A DNA stretch of 64,000 nt, from contig JAVKOQ020000001.1 in assembly GCA_031835245.2 (NCBI GenBank), positions 496,001-560,000 on the forward strand, read 5' to 3'. Under the pieces are notes generated by a model, which was not told the DNA's origin, did no database searches, and saw only the letters and a list, made by a program, of their open reading frames with translations. Below, piece by piece: positions 1 to 12,823 of the stretch. The DNA comes from Balamuthia mandrillaris (Eukaryota). The translations under genes were made by a program, and so were the position numbers. The first letter of the stretch is position 1; every line of letters begins with the position of its first letter.

Positions 1-641
1 TACAAAGGCCTCGAACGCTTCCTTGACCGCATGCGTAAAGCTCGGCTCATCTCTGAATGCCTGATGAAGGATCAACATGAGCTTCGCCCTAAAGTCCAAC
101 AGTCTTTGCACCATGAGAGCGTCTCTCTCCTCATCCATGACAATATCCGTTCCTGCAGATTTGATGTAGGCTGTCCACGCCGTTTTCAACTGAGGCAGTG
201 CTTGTACGCGTAGGAAGAGGGAGTACATGCGTGTCAAATCCTCGCGACGGTCGTTCTCGAGGAGGAAGTTGGTGCCTTTAGCGATGAGAGTGTCGACGTG
301 AGCAGCGATGAGCTGTTTTTCCACGACAGAGATAAGGGGTCGCTTGGTGACCTCGCTGAGGTAGTGCTGAATTCTTTGTTCTTCGTGGCGAAGTCTTTCT
401 TCTACATGTTTGAGATAGTCTGCCGTCTGTTGAGGGAGAGGGAGAGGAGAGAGAGAGAGAGATAGAGAATGAGTGACTGAGATCGGAGGCTGAAGGATGA
501 AGATAGTAACCTCCATATCGAGAATGCATTGTGATCCCTCTTTAGCGTAGAAACTTTCGCTTGCTCTTAAAAATACTGGTTCCAATTCTGTCATATATAT
601 CTATTGAGGAACCAAAGTCAATAAGTGTTTTAAAAAAAGTT

Positions 642-672
<31 letters not shown>

Positions 673-1514
673 GAATCGGTTTTTTAAAGTGTGGGGTTCA
701 AACCTGAAGAGCAATAAACATGTCGGAGAGAGACTTCAAGAGCATCCGATCTACTGTTTCTCCCAACCTCTCCTTCTCTATCAGCGTTAGTATTCCGGAT
801 ACTACTCTGCCTTTGACTTGAGGATGAACAGCAATGTGGTCTCTGAATTGATTTAGGCCCATGTCCCTGTGTTTTTCAAAAGAAACACAACCAAAAAGGT
901 GTAAGTTAAAAGAAGACCAAGAAAATAATAAGAACAAGAAGGAAATAGGAAAAGCAATACCATAGGGAACACACCTCCGCGTTTTGTAGCACATAAGTAC
1001 GGTCCAAATACAGAAAAATGCTTCGTATAAACAACTTTTTTAAAAGAGAATGTAAGCAATGTGAATGGGCCATAGCAAGGAATACAAAAGATGAAAGGAG
1101 TTACACGAGTTCACGAAATAACAAAAGGCGATTTTTAAAAGAAAAACACTAACCATGTTTGCACAGTGGTCCTTCCAGCAATTATTTACAAGATAAAGAA
1201 ACGACCCCTCTAATTCAAGCTGTTGGCTATTTTGTGCTTGTCTGAAAGGAGAGAGGGAGAGAGACAGCGAAGGATTAAGTGAGTTGAGATGAATAGGGAA
1301 TTATTTCGGCTGAGGAAATAACAACGAGAGAGAGAGAGAACGAGAGAGAGAGAGAGAGAGAGAGAGATACTTACGCTAACAAACGGGATAGCACTTCTTG
1401 AACGTGAAGCTTGCATTCCGCTTCTATCTTTTTGTACAAGGAACCTCCCAACTTATTTGAACACAAATTCTCTGTCGCCTAGATGTATACAGAGCAGCAT
1501 ACCATCCATATCAG

Positions 1515-1556
<42 letters not shown>

Positions 1557-2166
1557 GACCTTGTACAACTCCTCTTCTCCATAGTGAACGGGCTGCTTTT
1601 TATGAACGGCTTGCACTGCCAACTTCAACTTCTCCCACGTTGTTTGCTCAAAATCCTGTGGCAATTGAGGCCGCACTGCATGTTTTCGTTTTAGCTTTTT
1701 AATCAACGCACGAAGAAATGAGAGAAGCCGATAGAGGGAGAAACGGAGAGAAACGGAGAAGAGAGGGAGAGAAGAGCGGAGTGAGAGCACAGAGGATAGA
1801 GAAGGGAAAAGGCGGATGGAAAAGTGAGAACATACCTGAAAGGCCTTTGATGGTGAGCTTCTTAACGGGCTGCTTTCTCTGAGGGCCGTTCATGGAAGTT
1901 CGAGAGGGAGACGCAGAGCTGCCACTGGACATCATTCTGGCTTTCTTTAGGCTGGAAGGAAGCGAAGAGGGTGAAGATGAGGATGAGGATGAAGCAGCAC
2001 TCGGAGAAGAAGGCGCTCCTCTCTTTTTGGGGTTTGTGTTGGAATTTCGGTCAGAAGCAGATGAGGAGGAAGAAGAAGTCGCAACAGACTCAGAAGAAGA
2101 AGATGATGAGGCGGAATGTTTTCGCTTTTTGCTGCTGCTGTTGTTGTTGTGCGAACGAAAAGACAT
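1..2166 (-). CDS. CUL4: Cullin-4 (multi-exon; 3' part runs off the left edge)
   Basis: Exons give KKLTIKGL..RPQLPQDFEQTTWEKLKLAVQAVH..EELYK and DMGLNQFRDHI..GILTLIEKERLGETVDRMLLKSL, typical of the CUL4 N-terminal repeats. A Ser-rich N-terminal extension carries KKRK. Confidence 0.9.
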
Positions 2167-2620
2167 TCAGTCGTGCCAGCGGGAAAAAAAAAATCTGATC
2201 ACACTCGCCCGATCCCACTCCACTACACCACTCGTTTTCTTCTCTTGCTTTCTGCGCAACGAAGGAGGGGAAGGAAGGAGGAGAGGGGGAGGGGAAAAAA
2301 GAAAGAAAGAAAGAAAGTTCGGTGCCAAAAGGGCAACACACACCAAAGCGTTGGAAAGCAAGTTGCTTTGAGGGAGGGATAGATAAGAGAGAGAACTTTT
2401 TTTGTGCTTTGGTAACACGTCAGCTTGGTAGTGGTTTCTTAGGGGACGGGCAAAAAATGTCTCCCTCCTTCTATCCCTTCCGAGTAGACGGATACTAGCG
2501 AAAAATAGTCTTGAGGGAGGTTCAGCAGGGCGTTACGAAACTCGCGTCGACATGAGTGGAAGGGGAAGAAAAACCAGCAAAGAGGAGAGGAGAGGAGAGA
2601 AGAGAGGAGAGAGAAGCGAG

Positions 2621-3286
2621 ATGGAAAAAGAAGTAGCAGAGTGGGAAGACTTTGCCAAGGAGGTTTGGCGACACAATGTGGAGAGCTGGAAGGAGTTCAT
2701 GGCCTTCGTGGAGGATGTGAACTGGACGGAGCCGTGGTTGGTGGCCTTGGGTGGCTTGCACCTCCTCCTGCTGCTCGTCATCTTGAGCACGCGCAACCAG
2801 TTCTACTCGCAGCTTGCCCTATGGGCATTCCTTTGTGCGTTCTTTCTCTCCTTTGTTTGTTGTTGTCGTTGTTGTCGTTGACTCTTGGTATGTTTGTTCG
2901 TACAGTGGGTACCGTGTTCTCAGCTGAGTGGATCAACACGTGGTGCATGCATAACTGGCAACGGTTCGCAACGCAGCCCTATTTCTCTGCCAATGGTGCC
3001 TTTATTTCCCTCGTTCTGTGCGCTCCCTTCATTTTGCTCTCCTTGGTTATCACGGTATTGCCTCGCTTCTCTCTCTCTCTCTGTTTCTTTTTCTCTTGTC
3101 TAAAACGTTGTCGTCAACGTTTATTTCTCTGGCCCTTTTGCTCTGCTCCTCTCTCCTCTCCTCTCCTCTCCTCTCCCCTCCTCTCCCATGCTCTTCTACC
3201 TTCAGATCAACTTCTTGCGGATGGTTGTCCAGATGATGGTGGTGGTGAAGCGGGCACAACTTCGCAACAAGAAGAAGGAGGAATGA
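2621..3286 (+). CDS. TMEM18: Transmembrane protein 18 homolog (3 exons)
   Basis: VNWTEPWLVALGGLH..AEWINTWCMHNWQRFATQPYFSANGAFISLVLCAP..VKRAQLRNKKKEE* matches the TMEM18 pattern, including the basic C-terminus. Confidence 0.85.
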
Positions 3287-3459
3287 CCGAATGAAACGAG
3301 AAAGCCCACACACTTTTGGTACAACCACACCCCCTTCCCTTTCCCCTTTTCTTCTCTTCTTTTTAAAGTATGTAAGATCTTTTTTTACCCCTTCCCCCAA
3401 CAACCCATCGAAGACATTCCATTGCCACACATTCCCAGACTAAGGTTCTGTGTACCTTC

Positions 3460-3559
3460 TAAGGCGGCGCCAAGATCAAGCCGATCCATGGGACAACGAA
3501 AATAAAGCAAAATTAGTAAAAGATTAGTAAAACAAAAAACAGATCTTTGCGCCGCCTTA
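3460..3559. mobile_element. Possible ~100 bp MITE-like element
   Basis: 16-bp inverted repeats aggcggcgccaagatc (3462-3477) and gatctttgcgccgcct (3542-3557), one mismatch, each flanked by TA, with an AT-rich interior. Confidence 0.35.
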
Positions 3560-3587
3560 ATTCCCAGACCGCTGCCTTCTCGACAAG

Positions 3588-3650
<63 letters not shown>

Positions 3651-3854
3651 CAGAGAGAAGGGTGTGCAGTAGAAAGGCATTTGTTGTCCTTGTCCGAGTC
3701 CACACCGATGGCGGATATTACACTAATTTTACCTGGTGAAAGTTAAGCGGTGGGGATGGGTCCCTCCCTTGGCGTTGCCTTTGGTTAAAAATCATCATTT
3801 TGGCGCCAACGGCTCCTCAGGCGACAATCAAAGAAAAGAAAAGAAGAGAGAGAG

Positions 3855-4761
3855 ATGGAGGACATGGAGGAAGGGCTCTCTTCTGCCTCGCTGTGGGACG
3901 TGCTGCGGCAAGAGGACGTGTTACAATGCTGCAAGGCCAATAGCTTGTCCCTTATTCAATTGTACTTTAATTTTTTCCTCTCTCCTCCAATTTTTAAGAA
4001 AAAAATCTGAATGAATGACAATTGGTTGCATCCAAACAAAAAAAAAAAGCCTCACAGAGACATCTCGGTTCGAACAGTTGCTCGACCTGGTAACAACGGG
4101 ACTGTCCTTGAAGCAAGAGGAGGACGATGAGGAGGAGCGGAGGCTTCGCCTCGTGGCGCTACAGATCTTGCTGCTTTGCGAGGAGGTCTCTGCCCTTCAG
4201 GAGCCCTTTTTCTTCCGGCCAGAAGCCACGCTGGGAAAATTGTTTGCTTGCTTGCTTGGTGAAGTACAGCAACAGCAAGGCGAGGCAGAGGAGCGAGGGT
4301 CGAGTGCTAATGCTCAGCTTGCCGCTACGTTTGCGAGTCAGGTCATCATTGCGCTCGCCAAAGGCAACGTTCAGAAGGTGCTTTCTTTCTTCTTCGTGCT
4401 TCTTTGCTTCTTCTTCCTCCTCGCTCGCTTCCTCTTCTTCTTCTGCTTACTATTGTGCTCTATTGATTTTTAGGTAGGAGACTATATGCAACGGCATCGA
4501 GAATTGGAAGCGATGTTATACAAGCTGGAAAGTGAGGCCGTTGCTGCAGTCATTGCTAAGCTCCTTGAGGAGGACCAATGGAACCATCACGAACAAACTT
4601 TATTGGATGAGGTCTCTTGAACTTCTCTACTATCTTCTCTCTTCTCTCTTCCCTGTTATTTCTGATGGCAAGGAATTTTTATTAAAGTGGTTGGAAACTT
4701 CGGGTCTCGTTCGTGCTTTGGTGACTAAGTTTGATCCGTCAAATGCTCCCGCGGTTTGCTA

Positions 4762-4811
<50 letters not shown>

Positions 4812-6310
4812 CTCTCTCTATCTCTCTCTCGTTAGCAGTATTGACAAAAGAGAATGAAAAAACAAACAAAACAGGTTCATGATCACGCAGCATCACTATT
4901 GCTCAGTATTGTGGAGCCATCGAGTGGAAAAATGTCAGAACTCGCTCACATGCAGTCAAATGGAGCAGCCTCGCCACGGCAGATAACTGGCCTGTGGCGG
5001 CAGTTGTTGCAGGAAGAAAACCTCGTTTTGCTCTTTCAGACCATGTTGGGAAATATTAAGGAGGATGACGTTAGTTTTTCTTTCTTCTGTCTGCTGTCTT
5101 CTGCTTCTGAATTCTTTATACTTTTCTTGTCTAGGAGGAAGCTGTAAATAATGCAAGTTCATCGTCTGCTTGTAAACACGGTCTCTCGGTGATTATCTCA
5201 TTGTTGGCAGACTACAACAAACGTGCACCAGAAAATGGAGGAGAATCCCCTTTGATCTCAGTGACGCTTCGGTGGCTCCCAACTTTGTTGCGGATCTTAA
5301 CTTCTTCGCAAGGCAAATCCGTTCCTACCACGACTGGACTCGTGGCACGTGGACTTGGCTTTGTCCGCCTCCACATTATTAAGTTGTTGGAGTGTTTAGT
5401 AGAGGTCGAGAATCCTACCGTCGATGAAGCGTTGTTTCGTCCAACGGTCTTTCCTGCTCTACTCGTAAGTTTTCTTAGTCGTCTTCTATTCCTTTCTTGC
5501 AACTGCACTAACGACAACAAAACGAAGAACTTGTTTTTAGGATATCCTTGGAACAACATATTGCATCATGCTGTAACTTCTATGATTCTCTCTGTAATAT
5601 CTTCTTCCTCGCCAACCAGACAATCTTTTACCACCATTGTACGTTAACAATCACTTGTTATCAGAATATCTTTCCTAAACAAAACCCTCACCAACAACAG
5701 CTTCTCAAAGATTATCGATTGGTTGACATCCTACTCCGGTTAGATAACGAAACAGAACGCAAAAAATGGTTCGTTTTATCTTGCTTTTCTCATTGCTTTG
5801 TAACGACTTTATAAAAAACAACAGCGGAGGAACAGTTGGCTTTTTGATAAAGATTGCACGGCGCTTAGAAGAAGTTGCTGCCAGTCGTCCACCAGTCAAG
5901 CAATATTTAAATGGTTAATCTTCTTTCTTTTCCTTCCCTTCTTTCTGTCGCGACTCTTACTTTTTTTGTTACAAAAACAGAACACACGGGATGGAAAGCT
6001 TTTGTAGGAGGTTCATTCTTGCTTTTGAAGAAAGAACAAGATTTAATGCTGGGAGGCGGTCCCCCCAGTCGTAACTTTGGACAGGAGACCTACAGCAGCG
6101 AGGACGAAGGCGACTATAGCTCAGCGAACGGCCTTAAATTTTCTCCTATTGTACTTTATGGCTTTTCCTTCTCTACTACTCTCTGTTCTCTTTCCTTCCT
6201 TGTAGTCCTCTCTTTTGATATCAAATGCTGACTTGGTGAATAAGTTTGCTTTTCCAGATACGAACAGCTTCTTCTCCAACAGCTTTGATATGTTGCCTCC
6301 TGATGAGTAA
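3855..6310 (+). CDS. SIT4/PP6 phosphatase-associated (SAPS domain) protein, multi-exon; last exon approximate
   Basis: N-terminal LWDVLRQEDVLQCCKANSLSLI, plus GLGFVRLHIIKLLECL and LFLGYPWNNILHHAV, are characteristic SAPS segments. Confidence 0.75.
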
Positions 6311-6358
6311 CTCCTTTCTTCTGTTCTCCTTTCTGCACTGAATCCTTCTCCCTCTTTG

Positions 6359-6401
<43 letters not shown>

Positions 6402-7075
6402 CTCTTAGTTCTTTATTAATAATGAGCCAATGCAACAAAAAAACATAGTGCACCAGCGAGCATCCCTCAACTGGACCCCATGGCAGACCTCTCCCAACCA
6501 TTTTTCATGGAAGACAGTTTCTTCTCTTTCCTTTGTTCTTGAATTCACCTCTGTCTCCTCCAACAAAAAAAAATCCTGTTTTACTTTACCTCTTTCAAGA
6601 CGACATGAAAAAATCGTCGTGTGACGACACGGAAATAGCCCATAATCGAAAAGCGATGGATGCAACACTGCAAATAAACGGCGGAAGGGAGAGCCTCAGT
6701 AAAGATAAGGCCAAGCCGTAATTCTCGTTTTTTGTCCCAATCACCGCTTCGCTCTGCGAGGCATTCAGGCCCGCGAGGAGGAGTTTTAACCTACCTCGTG
6801 TTGCTGTAGGTGGGGCAAACGACGGCAAGGTCAGACCGATCTTACCTGATTAATCGCATGGTCTTTTTACGGAGAGGGTTTACTCTCTCTGTCCACAAAG
6901 TATCGTGTTTCATGAACAGGTTACAATTCTTTTGTTGCGTTTTCATTCTTTCATTTTATTTTGTTTATTCTTTTTGTGGGATGTGTGTTGTTTCTATGAG
7001 TAGAGAGAATGAATATTTACTCAGATTTTAAACAAACAGCAAAAAGCAAACAAAAAATTCAGACAGGGGAGTGGT

Positions 7076-9864
7076 TTAAGTCCGCTTCCAGATGGTAAGT
7101 TGGCTGATGCCAAACTGAAACTTTCGTTTGTGCTCCCGAAGGAGGAATGGAATGTCCTTTGGTTCGCCCACCATCTCAAAGGAGGGAGCGAGGAGCTTCT
7201 CTAACTCTGTGAGGGAGGCATGCGCTCCATCCCCGCTGCCCAACCACTTTTCTTTTGGTGTGTACTGCTCCTCCCAGCTCCATGGTGAGGCCACCACCAA
7301 CAAGCCCCCTTTGTTGATTATCTTTGGAAGGGACTATTTAAAGAAATGATTAGAATCGGTTGTTGTGAAGAAAGAAGGAAGAAGGAAGAAGGAAGAAGGA
7401 AGGAGGAAGGAGGAAGGAGGAAAAGACATACGGCAATGCAAGCTTGGGGATTAGAGAGACGGTCGAACAAGTTGGAGCAAAGAACTAAGTCGAAATGACC
7501 GATGGTGGGAGGAAGATTGCAGGCATCCGCCTGCTTGAACTCCACTCTTGAGGTGTCTATGTCGTCAGCAAGTGTTGCTGTGCATTTGACCTGAATTGTG
7601 CCTTCCTCTTGTTTCACGTAGTCAATGCTGCGCTGCTCTTGAAGACGACAACCAGTGCCCACGAAGCGAACGCTAAAGTCAAGGCCCAGTACGAAAGGAA
7701 TTCCTCTTGAAAGTTCGAACGTTGCTCGCCCTACGCTGCACCCGAGATCCAACGCCCGTTTTACTTCTCTCTCAGCATATGCTACACAATAGAATGTAAT
7801 AAGACAATAGGAATAATAGTAAACAAAGAGTAGGAAGAAGAATAGGAACAAACCATCGACAGCATCAAGACACTCTTTGGCAATTCGGCTGTGAAAATTC
7901 AAGCCCGCGCTGATTCCATCATAGGAATAAGGAAAGATATCCTCCTTCTCTCCATAGTGGAAGAGAATATACTGAGACACACCCAGATCAGTCTCATAAA
8001 AGGCGTTCGGTCGGATGCTCTGATCGTTGGCCGGCATGAACTCAGATTTGACGTAACGGAAGCCAAGGTGTTGGAAGAAGTGTCTACGGAATGCGTATCT
8101 GGCGAAGATGCTGGCTTCATCCCCAGTGGATATCCAGGAACCGCCCATGATCATGTTGTGCTCGCTATCGAAGCAGGGAGTCGAGAAGTCGTCGTAGAGA
8201 GGGTGAGTCTCGAAGCCGGGAAGTCCATAGAAGTAATCTTCTGCCCATTCCCATACATTTCCATGTACATCATATACGCCAGCCTCAGTGGGAGGAAACA
8301 TATCAACCGGAGAGGCACTCCCGTAGGACATGTTCAAGTTGGCCTTTAAATCTTTGGAAAAGATGATATCACGTTCTACTCCGACGTCGTTGTCAGAGGA
8401 ATCTCTGCAACGATGCCATTCGGCTTCGGTGATTACACGATAATCTTTGCCCTTCCAGGCACAAAAGGCCTTTGCCTCGTGAAAGTTTATGTCAACGGGC
8501 CAATCCCATGGCATCTCGCGAATATCAAACATTGCTTTTCAAAGAAAAACATAGAACGGTGAGGAACTGCACCATAAGCTCCGCTGAGCATAACGAATAC
8601 GAAAGTGTACCTCTGTATTTGAAAGAGTTGCCATTTTTCTTCCAGAAAACTGGATGTTCAGCCTTTTTGAGAGAGAAAGAAGTCAGAGAGATGGAACTGA
8701 TAGTGAACATACAAAAAGAAAAGCAACGAAAAATACGTTTTTATAAGTAACCCAGTTCCATCCCTCTTCGGTCCACAGCTCCTTTCGTTTGTAACCATCG
8801 TCTCGCACAAAGTCCAAGAACTCATAGTTAGTGACAAGGAACTTGGACACCAAAAAGCGAGGCACTGTCACTTCCTTCTTCCCATACTCGTTATCCCATC
8901 CTTTTTACCATGTACAGGCATCAGCAACGAGAGAAGAGTACGAGCGCATAGAAAGCGAGAAGGAGAACAACAGAGATAGGAGAGAACACACAAAGGAAAG
9001 AGAGAAACGAAGAAGGCAAAGAGCTACCATAAGAAGGGAAGTCCAAGGGTTTGCCCAGAGTGACACGACCATCAGGTATCTCCACAAGCTCGTTGCGGGG
9101 AGGCACGCCAAAGCTCTCCGCATCTACCCAGCTCTCCGGTCTTCGCAGGAACTCCACGGGTAGCTCTCGCATCAAGACGCTGGACGTTTCCAAGTGGATG
9201 CGATGGTGCTCCATGCCCATGGCCAAGGCCCACCACGCTGACTTTTGTGTGATGGGCAGCTTCAACTCTGCGTTGGCGATCACATCGCTCACGGTGTCAA
9301 ATACCTCAAAAAAAAAAAAGGATCCAATGAGATGTGTCAGAGAGAAAGTAGTGAAGAAAAAAGTACTTTTTGGCGGTACTCTCGAATCTCCTGCGCAGCA
9401 GGGAAGACACACTTGCTGTTCAGATCTTGGTCATCCTTTTTTTGTTTTAGGACACCCGCAAAAGACGGTGAGCCAAAAAAAAACACGAAAAATAATCTTT
9501 TCTCACAAACAGGACATACCCAAGACATCTCGTCCACGCCCACGGCAAAAAGACTCTCCCACTCAGGATGGACTCGGTCCTGCACCAAGCCGGAGAGCAG
9601 CATCTTGTTCACATAGCTGACCGCGGTGTGCGCGTAATAAAAGATGAGAGGGCGCCGCAGCGGGTTGGCTTCCTTCTGGAAGACCGAGTCGTCCTTGAGG
9701 GCAGAGAAGAGGGTCTCCTCCAGGCCCCACGTGTTCTCCAGGTACTCCTGCAGCTCCTCCCTCGTGCAGGTGGCCAGGTTGGGCGGAGGGATGGAGTGCA
9801 CCGTGCCCACCAAGCTTTCCAGCCGTTTGGCGCTGGCCGTCGTCCTTTGGGGGGTTTTTGGCAT
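7076..9864 (-). CDS. ovoA: Ovothiol biosynthesis enzyme OvoA (5-histidylcysteine sulfoxide synthase plus SAM methyltransferase), multi-exon
   Basis: DinB-like LRRPLIFYYAHTA and MGMEHHRIHLETSSVL (HX3HXE iron motif); FGE-like DVHGNVWEW, HPLYDDFSTPCFD and RYAFRRHFFQHLGFRY; C-terminal methyltransferase RALDLGCSVGRATFELSR. Confidence 0.92.
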
Positions 9865-10269
9865 GGTTGTTTGAAATCGTCGTTCTTGAGCAGCTCTAAA
9901 AACAAAACACACACACGGGAGTCACTTGGAACCAGCGAAACGGAGAGAGACGAGAGAGAGGGGGGGGGAAGAGAAGGCCAAGAGAGAGAGAGAGAGAGAG
10001 AGAGCGCTCGTCTGGTTGGATGAACTGCAAGACGTCCTTGGCGGAAGAGCGGGAAAATCGATTGGTCAATCGATAACGTCAATTGGTCACCTCCGTGGCG
10101 TCATCATTAATGTACCGAGCCAATCGGAATGTTTACCAGGTAAATTAGGGTTTAGTGATGCTAACATAACTATTCCGTGGTATAGCGTAGACCCACCAAA
10201 CGGAGGCGGAAGCCTAGGGGTTTTTATTTTTCCTTGCGTTGCAGGAAAATGTAACGTTACAAAGACGAA

Positions 10270-10333
10270 GGCCAAACGTGCTACGGTTGACCAAAGCATT
10301 CCTTCTGGTGGCGTCATGCAGCGCACAACAAAG
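10270..10333 (+). repeat. 64-bp direct repeat, copy 1
   Basis: ggccaaacgtgctacggttgaccaaagcattccttctggtggcgtcatgcagcgcacaacaaag; second copy at 12706-12769 with 4 mismatches by hand count. Confidence 0.9.
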
Positions 10334-10945
10334 GCGGTAATCAAGGGATAAGCAGTGATGATGATGATGGTAGTGCGGGTGGACGTAGTTATTGTGCTCC
10401 TCCCCCATCGCACCAACAACAACGCTCTGGTCAATTCGAGTCGAGTTTTAGCGTGAACCTAACGTTTTTCTTGTTCTTTTTCTTCTTCTTCCCTCTTTTC
10501 AAGTATGTTTTGTGATAAAGCCAATCAAAAATAATCATCAATTATTATTAATAATTCAAAGCTATAAGCAAAATAATCCTAATTCAGTAGCCCTGCAATA
10601 TCTTAGTCACGCTTTTCCCTTTGTTTCAGTGGGAAAATACATGACTCCTCAATACTAATTGATATTAGCTCGTGGGGGTCCCTTTGGAAAACAGAATGAA
10701 TTTTCGTTTAAGGTGATTCATGTCGTCCTTGATCTTCCAATGTCGTCATTAATTCACCAAGCGCGAAAAGAAAAAAAGACAGAGAAAAAAAATAATACAG
10801 AGCCAAGCAAAAGTTACGGCCTTGCTTTTATAAGCCCCGTCTTGGTTGGGAAGTGAACCCTTGCCGGGTTTCAAACCGTAGTTTGCATGGGAGTACCTGG
10901 ATGGTGTAGCAATTGAGGATTTTTTGGAGGGCATCTAGTGCTGTG

Positions 10946-11130
10946 CAAGGTGTAGAAGGCGTAGAAGGTGTAGAAGGTGTAGAAGGTGTAGAAGGCGTTG
11001 AGGGTGTAGAAGGCGTATGTGAAGGCGTAGAAGGCGTCGAAGGCATAGACGGCGTCAAAGGCATAGAAGGCGTTGAAGGCGTAAAAGGCGTAGAAGGTGT
11101 ATGTGCAGGCGTAGAAGCAGAAGGCGTAGG
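10946..11130. repeat. Degenerate 9-bp tandem repeat (GTAGAAGGY)n
   Basis: About 20 units; reads (VEG)n on + and (TPS)n on -. Confidence 0.9.
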
Positions 11131-11375
11131 TGGCATTCGTCGTGCACGTTTTTTTTTCTCTGTGACCTTTTTTTCCGCTCGTTTTGTTCTCTTTTTCGCT
11201 CGTTCCAACGTCTTTTCAGCGCTGAGCAGCCAGTTGTCGTTGCCTTTCCGCCTTTTCTAGTTGTTGCTGTTCCTCTTGTTCCTTCTCCTCCCGTTCTGTT
11301 CTCTTTTTTGCTCGCCACTGAAGAACGCCCTGAATTATCAATTATGTGCGGCAGTAATACTAACGGGCAAGAAGG

Positions 11376-12455
11376 ATGGACATGGAGGCCAGACCAGTCT
11401 ACCTGAAAGTCCCAGAAGGACAAACGCGCTACACCAAGCGGCAACTCGCTCAACTACCGTTGCGCTACTGGTTAGTGCCCTCGGGCAGCAACACTGATTG
11501 GGACCAACCAGAATTTATTTTGCTGGAACCACCTCCGGAGGTTTAACAACAAGTCACAAACCAAGTAGCGGAGAGCCAGGCCAAAGAGATCAACACAACA
11601 CAAAAGAGAAGGGTGCTTACTCTATTTTGATCTCTGTTTGTTCCTTTCGCACAACAAACAACTGGCCTTACTCACTTCTTAATGTAGCAACGTAGGAAAA
11701 AACATGCAGCAGCAGCAGCCAAAGCGACTACAACGGAACCGCTCCAGGACGAATACAAGCCCCTAGCAAAGCAAGCTGACGATCTGTTGCCAAAACTTAA
11801 AAAGTGCGAGGAAGAAAACGAGGTCTTGCGGGCTCAACTCGCGGCTGCCAATCAACTAGTAGCGCAAGCTGCTGCCTTGGATCAGGACCCTTCAAACTTG
11901 CAAAGCCCTGCTTCTCCTCTTGATGACCACACCATCATTGCGCGCTTGGTTGTTAGCAACGATCAAACGGAGAAAAACCTTTGCGCCAATTTGCTGCTCG
12001 CTCGGACCCAACAAAAGGACGCGGAGATGCAGCTTAAGGATCGGGAGAGGGAACTTTCAAAGCTCAAAGAGGAGATTGGTATGTTGCATTGCCGCTTGCT
12101 CTTGGAGCAGTTGCGCGACCTCTTTGTGAAGCTACACGAACAAATGAAGTGTGAAGATTGCGACTGGCCCTCAGAAGAGGGCTTTGGGGCAAAGGACAAA
12201 GTGCACTTCTTGAGCTTTGTTTACCACTACGACAACTGCTGCTTCAACGTGGAAGAAATCTTCTCCTTTAAGGATGTTTCCTCTGCGGAACTATCGAATG
12301 GCCTTCGTGATTTATGGCAAATGACCTGCGCCTACATTCACTCACATATCCCTTCAACATTTTACATCCCAACACGCTTCCTGCCATCTACGTCTATCAA
12401 GGTGCTGCAACGCTTTGCTGAGGCACAAAATTTCAAAGCCACTTTGGTAGAATAA
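11376..12455 (+). CDS. Orphan coiled-coil protein (2 exons) or pseudogene
   Basis: ATG at 11376 (MDMEARPVYLKVPEG..) can splice in frame to the acceptor at 11687 and a ~255-codon exon with coiled-coil segments and a Cys-containing tail. There is an in-frame TAA at 11544-11546 unless the GT at 11541 is the donor. Confidence 0.45.
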
Positions 12456-12705
12456 TCTTTCATTCTTGTTCTCTTTCCTTCATGTTGTTAATTTTTTATA
12501 AAGTTCTGTTCTTCCTACTTCTTACATACAATTATATACAATAGCAAGAACTCCACCTCTGGCATATCTCTGTGTTCTTCTCTCTTTAAAAGCTTTAAAG
12601 AGAAGCTGCTTCGAGATCATCGAGGAAACCAACCAACGCTTCCCTCAACTCATCCAAAAAATCGAATAACTGCAAAGGTGGTAATGCAAAGAGGAAGGGC
12701 AAGGT

Positions 12706-12769
12706 GGCCAAACGTGCTATGGTTGACCAAAGCATTCCCTCCGGTGGCGTCATGCAGCGCTCAACAAAG
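12706..12769 (+). repeat. 64-bp direct repeat, copy 2
   Basis: Near-identical to 10270-10333. Confidence 0.9.
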
Positions 12770-12823
12770 CCGCAGGACAAACGAGTGATACAGATAATTA
12801 TTTTTCGTTTCGTGCTTTGCTCT

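Noticed and set aside
6590..6870. Possible structured ncRNA between the SAPS and ovoA 3' ends (contains atcttacctg, similar to the U1 5' end)
   Set aside because: No further U1, tRNA or snoRNA features are recognisable by eye; an Infernal/Rfam scan would be needed.
10946..11130. CRISPR-like array
   Set aside because: Contiguous 9-bp units with no unique spacers, in a eukaryotic context.
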